From an uncultured Staphylococcaceae bacterium (GTDB taxonomy: Bacteria > Bacillota_I > Bacilli_A > RFN20 > CAG-826), in NCBI GenBank assembly GCA_964497235.1, contig CAZCCJ010000007.1, positions 16,503 to 80,502 of the forward strand: a stretch of DNA of 64,000 nt. The letters run 5' to 3'. Both the position numbers and the translations under genes were made by a program. Position 1 is the first letter of the stretch, and every line of letters begins with the position of its first letter. Shown here in pieces: positions 59,207 through 64,000 of this stretch. The notes beneath the pieces were generated by a model. The model saw only the letters and a list, made by a program, of their open reading frames with translations, had not been told where the DNA came from and did no database searches.

Positions 59207-59767
59207 ATGATCACGATATCCATTCTCGGCCTTGACCAATATGTGGTCGGCCATTATTCGAAAGAACACAGCGAAAACCTCGCGAATCTCATGGAAATAA
59301 GCGAGGATGATCTCAATTTCTATGCCCCGTATTCCGCCATTTTCCATAAGGGCGTTGAGCAGACGAGCTGGCATACCGAAGTCATAGTGAGAGCGCCGGA
59401 AAGGCTTATGGTGATGGAAGAGAGGATCGCCGATTATTTGCTTAGAACCCTGAACGAGGTCTCTATCAACGTCGAGCTTTCCTTCCAATATTTCGACGAA
59501 AACAGGCATTATGAGATACATAACGACGCCTATCCCCGCTACATCGAAAGCGAGAACGTGATGGAAGTCGAAGCCGATAACGATTCCGACCTCGACGAGG
59601 AAGAGCCGAATCCCGCCGATCATCCTGAACTTGACATCAACAATCCCGATGAGATCTATTTGGGCAACGTCTTCGCCGGCCACGAGGAAGAACTCGAGCA
59701 TATAGGTGAAGAGAAAGAGCACGAATGCCATCACGACCATTGTTGTTGCGGCCATAAGCACGATTAG
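59207..59767 (+). CDS. DUF1904-like (tautomerase-fold) protein with an acidic linker and a His/Cys-rich C-terminal tail
   Basis: MITISILGLDQYVV..ISEDDLNFYAP..TEVIVRAP.. pattern typical of DUF1904. The tail is EKEHECHHDHCCCGHKHD. SD AAGGA upstream. Confidence 0.65.
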   Translation: MITISILGLDQYVVGHYSKEHSENLANLMEISEDDLNFYAPYSAIFHKGVEQTSWHTEVIVRAPERLMVMEERIADYLLRTLNEVSINVELSFQYFDENRHYEIHNDAYPRYIESENVMEVEADNDSDLDEEEPNPADHPELDINNPDEIYLGNVFAGHEEELEHIGEEKEHECHHDHCCCGHKHD

Positions 59768-59784
59768 CGAAAAGGAGAATAGCC

Positions 59785-61119
59785 ATGCAAGAACTCGAAT
59801 TAGCGAAAAGAACGCTTGACGACATCCTAGATAACGGCACGCCGTTTAACGAAGCCCTAAAGAAAATCTTCCAGGCCGACGTTTCCTTGCGCCCTCTCCG
59901 TAGCCTTGTCGCGGGCCTCGTCGGATGCGAGCTCCGCCATCATCTCCTCTTTTCAAGCGTCCTCGCAAAAGTCGGAGGGGAGCTTAACGAAAACGAGAAG
60001 AGATACGCCGCTTTGACGCTCGCCGATCTCTATTTCGTCAAGAGAATCGACAAAGACGCGATGACGTCTGGGCTAAAGGAAGTGCTAGGGGAAGAGAAGA
60101 TTGTCTTATTCGCCGATCTATTCGAAAAAAGCAATCAGCCGGAGACGCTTATACCGGAAGAATTACCGAAATCGAGCAACAAATACCTTTCGCTCCGCTA
60201 TAACACCCCCGAATGGGTTTTGAAGATCTGGGAGCATTTCGGTTTCGGGACGACTTACAAAATACTCAAAAAAAACAACCGACCCGGTTCGGAGACGGTG
60301 CGCGTGAGAACATCGAAAATCAGCGTCGAATCGGTTTTGAATAACAACCCCGATTTCGCCTCCTCGCCCATTGAAGGGATGCTTTTCTATGGTGGTAAGA
60401 CGCCATTGCGAAAAATGGAAGCCTACCGCAAAGGCGACATTTTCTCGGAAAGGCTTTTGACGAAATCCCTTTTGGATGAATGCCATATCTCCGAGCCGAT
60501 GGAGCTCTTTTGCTATAACGGCAACAAGGATTCGAGCATCCTAAAGGAAATCATCGAAACATACGGTGATCGAATCGGGCTCAATCTCGGCGTCCCATCT
60601 CTCGACAATTGCACCGATGTCCTCGGGATGATAAAGAGAGATAGGCTTAAGAACGTCAATCTCTTCGCTGCTCCGGCCGATTCCTTTGAGTCAGCGATAT
60701 CGAGTCCTCAAGATCTCGTGATCGCGGCCCCAGACAGCTCCAACTTCGATTTGGTCCGCGAAGAGCCGGATTTCTTGCTTCACTTCAAGAAAGATGGGAT
60801 GGACGCATTGCTAGCGCAAGAGAAGGAAGTCCTTGAGAATTGCTCCAAATACGTGGCCGAAGGCGGAACGCTCATCTATATGGTCTATACGATTTCCAAA
60901 AAGGAAGGGCATCAAACCGTTGCCACGTTCCTATCCGATCATCCGGAATTCCAACTCGTCAAGGAAAAGCAGTGCTTCCAATACGAAGAACTCGATACGG
61001 CGATGTATTACGCCATCCTCCATAAGGATTCGAACGTCAAGAAAGAAGGCGTTCCCGCGAACCCTCTCTTTAATCCGGTTTCGAACGAGGCGGCGAGCGC
61101 TTCGATCCAAATGAAATAA
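59785..61119 (+). CDS. RsmB/Sun-family 16S rRNA m5C methyltransferase homologue with degenerate catalytic motifs
   Basis: NusB-like N-terminal domain plus an MTase fold colinear with RsmB. The CAAPGGK position reads CYNGNKD, the DAPCS position reads AAPDS, and the TCS position reads TIS. Confidence 0.75.
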   Translation: MQELELAKRTLDDILDNGTPFNEALKKIFQADVSLRPLRSLVAGLVGCELRHHLLFSSVLAKVGGELNENEKRYAALTLADLYFVKRIDKDAMTSGLKEVLGEEKIVLFADLFEKSNQPETLIPEELPKSSNKYLSLRYNTPEWVLKIWEHFGFGTTYKILKKNNRPGSETVRVRTSKISVESVLNNNPDFASSPIEGMLFYGGKTPLRKMEAYRKGDIFSERLLTKSLLDECHISEPMELFCYNGNKDSSILKEIIETYGDRIGLNLGVPSLDNCTDVLGMIKRDRLKNVNLFAAPADSFESAISSPQDLVIAAPDSSNFDLVREEPDFLLHFKKDGMDALLAQEKEVLENCSKYVAEGGTLIYMVYTISKKEGHQTVATFLSDHPEFQLVKEKQCFQYEELDTAMYYAILHKDSNVKKEGVPANPLFNPVSNEAASASIQMK

Positions 61120-61133
61120 GCTTGGGAGCCAAT

Positions 61134-62177
61134 ATGAAGAAGAACCTTTTTGGCTTCACTATGGATAAACTCACCGAAGAGATGCTTTCGATCGGCGAGA
61201 AGAAATATCGCGCCGTCCAGCTTTTTTCGTGGATTTACGTCAAAAAAGTATATTCATTCGATGAAATGACGGATATCTCGAAATCCTTCCGCGAAAGATT
61301 GAAAGAGGAATATTGCCTCGATATTCCAAATGTTTATTCGGAGCAAAGGGCGAAGGATGGGACGATCAAATTGCTTTTGGAGATGAATGACGGGGCCAAA
61401 GTCGAGACGGTCCTAATGCGTTACGACTATGGGAACGCCATCTGCGTCTCTAGCGAAGTCGGCTGCTCTATGGGGTGCGCTTTCTGCGCCTCGGGGCTAT
61501 TAAGGAAAGAAAGAGGGCTAAAGACAGAGGAGATGATAGGGCAAGTCGTGGCGATGAACGAATTGCTTCATAAAGAAGGCGAAAGCGTATCCCACGTCGT
61601 CGTGATGGGAACGGGCGAGCCCTTCGACAATTACGACAACGTCAGTGATTTCCTCCATATATTAAATGACCCGAAAGGCCTAGGAATGGGTGCGAGGCAC
61701 TTAACCGTCTCGACCTGTGGCATAGTGCCCGGCATCCTCCGTTATGGGAAAGAGGGGATGCAAGTCAATTTGGCGATATCGCTACACGCTTCGAACGATG
61801 AGACGCGAAAGAAACTCATGCCGATCGACACCCATTATCCGCTGGATCAATTGATCGAGGCGGTCAAAACCTACATTTCCGATAGCGGCCGCCGCGTGAC
61901 CTTCGAATACATCCTGATAAAAGGGGTCAACGATTCGATTGAGAACGCGAAAGAGCTCTCAAAGCTCCTTAGAGGGATGAATTGCTACGTGAATCTCATC
62001 CCTTTGAATCCCGTTAAAGAAAAGCCTTTCGAAAGAAGCGAAACGAGGGTGACGAAGGCCTTCGCCGAATATCTGAACGGACACGGAATCAATTGCACGA
62101 TCAGGAAAGAATGGGGCACGGGAATCGACGCCGCCTGCGGGCAACTTCGCGCCAAAGCGATGGGGAGGATAAAATGA
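61134..62177 (+). CDS. rlmN: 23S rRNA/tRNA m2A radical SAM methyltransferase RlmN
   Basis: CVSSEVGCSMGCAFCASG (CxxxCxxC) and the C-terminal GIDAACGQL. ATG 61134 is preferred over TTG 61122. Confidence 0.93.
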   Translation: MKKNLFGFTMDKLTEEMLSIGEKKYRAVQLFSWIYVKKVYSFDEMTDISKSFRERLKEEYCLDIPNVYSEQRAKDGTIKLLLEMNDGAKVETVLMRYDYGNAICVSSEVGCSMGCAFCASGLLRKERGLKTEEMIGQVVAMNELLHKEGESVSHVVVMGTGEPFDNYDNVSDFLHILNDPKGLGMGARHLTVSTCGIVPGILRYGKEGMQVNLAISLHASNDETRKKLMPIDTHYPLDQLIEAVKTYISDSGRRVTFEYILIKGVNDSIENAKELSKLLRGMNCYVNLIPLNPVKEKPFERSETRVTKAFAEYLNGHGINCTIRKEWGTGIDAACGQLRAKAMGRIK

Positions 62178-62935
62178 GCAAGGTATACCATGGGACATAC
62201 GCCTATAAGATAGACATCGGTCGGAAAAGGCAAAACAACGAAGACCAAGCCATGGTCTTGATGAATTCGTACGGCGAGGCGTTCCTCGTCGTTTGCGATG
62301 GAATGGGCGGTGCGAAAAAAGGCGAACTCGCCTCGAAAATCGCCATCGACGTATTGACGGAATCCTTCCGCCATAAGCCGAAGCACGCTTTAGCGTATGG
62401 TAACCGCCTATGGATAACGAAGGCCGCCAAGGAAGCCAATGCGAAGATAAACCGCTACGCCGATAAGAACAACAAAGTTAAGGGGATGGGGACGACGATG
62501 GTCGCCGCGCTCATCTTCGGCTCGAAGATAATGATCGCCAATATCGGCGATTCGAGATGCTATCTATATAGCCACGACAAGGACAAGATCAAATTGATGA
62601 CCGAGGACGACACATATGTGCGTTATCTAGTTAGCACTGGAAAGATAAGCGAAGAAGACGCCCTCTCGCATCCCGATAGGCATGTGCTCATGAACGCTTT
62701 AGGAATCTATCCTAGCGTCTCTTTGACCGTCGACATCAAGCCATATCGCGGCGAAAGCGTCCTTTTATGCACGGATGGCTTATATAACCAAGTGACGATG
62801 GAGGAAATGGGGAATATCCTTTCGACCGACGATCGCGTCGATCAGAAGGTCTCCTCCCTTATCGCCGAAGCCAATCATAACGGCGGCGACGACAACATCG
62901 GCATAGCTTTGTGGGAGAACATAGCAAATGATTGA
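62174..62935 (+). CDS. PP2C-family Ser/Thr protein phosphatase (Stp/PrpC-like)
   Basis: GRKRQNNEDQ, VCDGMGG, GTTMV, NIGDSR, CTDGL and GGDDNI. ATGA overlap with rlmN. Confidence 0.92.
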   Translation: MSKVYHGTYAYKIDIGRKRQNNEDQAMVLMNSYGEAFLVVCDGMGGAKKGELASKIAIDVLTESFRHKPKHALAYGNRLWITKAAKEANAKINRYADKNNKVKGMGTTMVAALIFGSKIMIANIGDSRCYLYSHDKDKIKLMTEDDTYVRYLVSTGKISEEDALSHPDRHVLMNALGIYPSVSLTVDIKPYRGESVLLCTDGLYNQVTMEEMGNILSTDDRVDQKVSSLIAEANHNGGDDNIGIALWENIAND

Positions 62936-63803
62936 CATCGGCATGAAGATAGATGACCGTTATCGGGTCACCTCAAGGATCGCCCATGGCGGCATGGCCG
63001 ACGTCTATGAGGCCTATGATATTTTGATGCATCGCACGGTCGCGCTAAAAATCATGCGCACCGACATGATAAATGAAGTGAACATCGAACGTTTCGAGAA
63101 GGAAGGAATCGTCTCCGCCTCGCTAGATAGCCCCCTTATCGTCAAAGTCTACGGGCAAGGCGAGGTCGATGGCCGTCCTTATATGGTCAACGAATACGTC
63201 GAGGGGAGGACCCTCCGCGATAAATTGAACGTCTCGACGGGGCATAACCTCACTCCGCTAGAGGCGATAGACGTCATGCTTCAGCTCACGGAAGGAGTCT
63301 CTTATATCCATGAGCACGGAATCCTTCATCGCGATTTGAAACCGGACAACCTTTTCTATCTTTCGGATGGATCGATCAAAATCGCCGATTTCGGAATCGC
63401 CATGAAAATCGGGGAAAGCGACGAGAGCGACGGCGTCGCCGGGACGATCTATTATTGCGCCCCTGAGACTTTGGTCGGGCAAAAGCCAAACGTCACTAGC
63501 GACATCTATTCGATGGGCGTCATCTTCTTCGAGCTTTTGACGGGCACGGTGCCTTTTGAAGGCGAGACGACGGACGACATCGCGATAGCTCAGATCAAGA
63601 AGCATTTCCCAGAGCCTTCGAAGATAGTTCCTTCTTTGCCGAAGGTGCTCGACAAGATCGTCGTTAAAGCGTGCCGCAAAAGCCCGGACGAAAGGTATCA
63701 AAGCTCCAAGGAAATGCATGACGCGATCAAGAAAACCCTTGAGAATGAAGATAAACTAAAGGAAAGGAAATCCCTCTTTTCGAGGATTTTTGGCTTCAAA
63801 TGA
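62928..63803 (+). CDS. Ser/Thr protein kinase, catalytic domain only (no TM or PASTA region)
   Basis: HGGMADVYEA, VALKIM, HRDLKPDNLF, DFGIA and GTIYYCAPE. The ORF ends after 291 aa. Confidence 0.9.
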   Translation: MIDIGMKIDDRYRVTSRIAHGGMADVYEAYDILMHRTVALKIMRTDMINEVNIERFEKEGIVSASLDSPLIVKVYGQGEVDGRPYMVNEYVEGRTLRDKLNVSTGHNLTPLEAIDVMLQLTEGVSYIHEHGILHRDLKPDNLFYLSDGSIKIADFGIAMKIGESDESDGVAGTIYYCAPETLVGQKPNVTSDIYSMGVIFFELLTGTVPFEGETTDDIAIAQIKKHFPEPSKIVPSLPKVLDKIVVKACRKSPDERYQSSKEMHDAIKKTLENEDKLKERKSLFSRIFGFK

Positions 63804-64000
63804 GCGTGTTTCTGGGATTTGACGCCCCTCTGGTGGCTCCTTCCTTGCTATCGGCCGACAAAAGCCGATTGAATGAGGAAATCGCCTTCGCGCTCGATAA
63901 TGGCGCCAAGGTCCTTCATTTCGACGTCATGGATGGGAAGTTCGTGCCAAACGTCTCTTTCGGGCTCGATGCCCTTTCCTCGATTTTGTCGTCTTTTCCC
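63800..64000 (+). CDS. rpe: ribulose-phosphate 3-epimerase (5' part, runs off the window)
   Basis: VAPSLLSADKSRLNEE..GAKVLHFDVMDGKFVPN. ATGA overlap with the kinase stop. Confidence 0.9.
   Translation, partial: MSVFLGFDAPLVAPSLLSADKSRLNEEIAFALDNGAKVLHFDVMDGKFVPNVSFGLDALSSILSSFP

Noticed and set aside
58937-59761. 274-aa minus-strand ORF, long for an unannotated frame
   Set aside because: It is antisense to the priA 3' end and to the DUF1904-like gene, both of which have recognisable homology and an SD. The translation is low-complexity hydrophobic, has no start-site signal and crosses an intergenic region.

Overview
This is a gene-dense chromosomal segment with about 60 CDS, 3 tRNAs and no rRNA. 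It appears to come from a compact Bacillota/Mycoplasmatota-like bacterium that uses the standard genetic code, since TGA acts as a stop (for example at proS and the kinase gene). Most of the content is housekeeping: an archaeal-type proS, MATE and MFS transporters, a heterodimeric ABC exporter, rdgB, trxA, glpK, addB-addA, a complete atpIBEFHAGDC F1Fo operon, ppa and rqcH. It also holds the Firmicutes-type gmk-priA-rsmB-rlmN-PP2C-kinase-rpe cluster, here compacted, with no rpoZ/coaBC, def/fmt or rsgA. Four regions look accessory. (1) A stand-alone 1940-aa Upf1/DUF4011-type SF1 helicase carries an N-terminal transglutaminase-like module and C-terminal nuclease-fold plus DUF3320-like modules. 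I consider it the best candidate for an undescribed single-protein nucleic-acid surveillance or defence system. (2) A hipBA toxin-antitoxin module with a palindromic operator sits next to an uncharacterised gene placed directly behind addA. (3) An orphan vsr ends a five-gene operon in which every junction is an ATGA overlap. (4) Several unrecognisable genes surround tRNA-Ser. There are also sequence-level oddities. Almost all operon-leading genes look leaderless, with a -10 box 6-9 nt from the ATG, while internal genes keep strong SD sites. The ATP synthase c subunit has a Na+-type two-carboxylate ion-binding signature. The RsmB homologue has lost its SAM-binding motif and both catalytic Cys motifs. 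Gene 1 is a fully degenerate GGDEF-EAL protein. The Ser/Thr kinase is a bare kinase domain. I saw no CRISPR array, transposase, integrase or prophage genes. All family assignments come from motifs read by eye and need HMM or structure confirmation.
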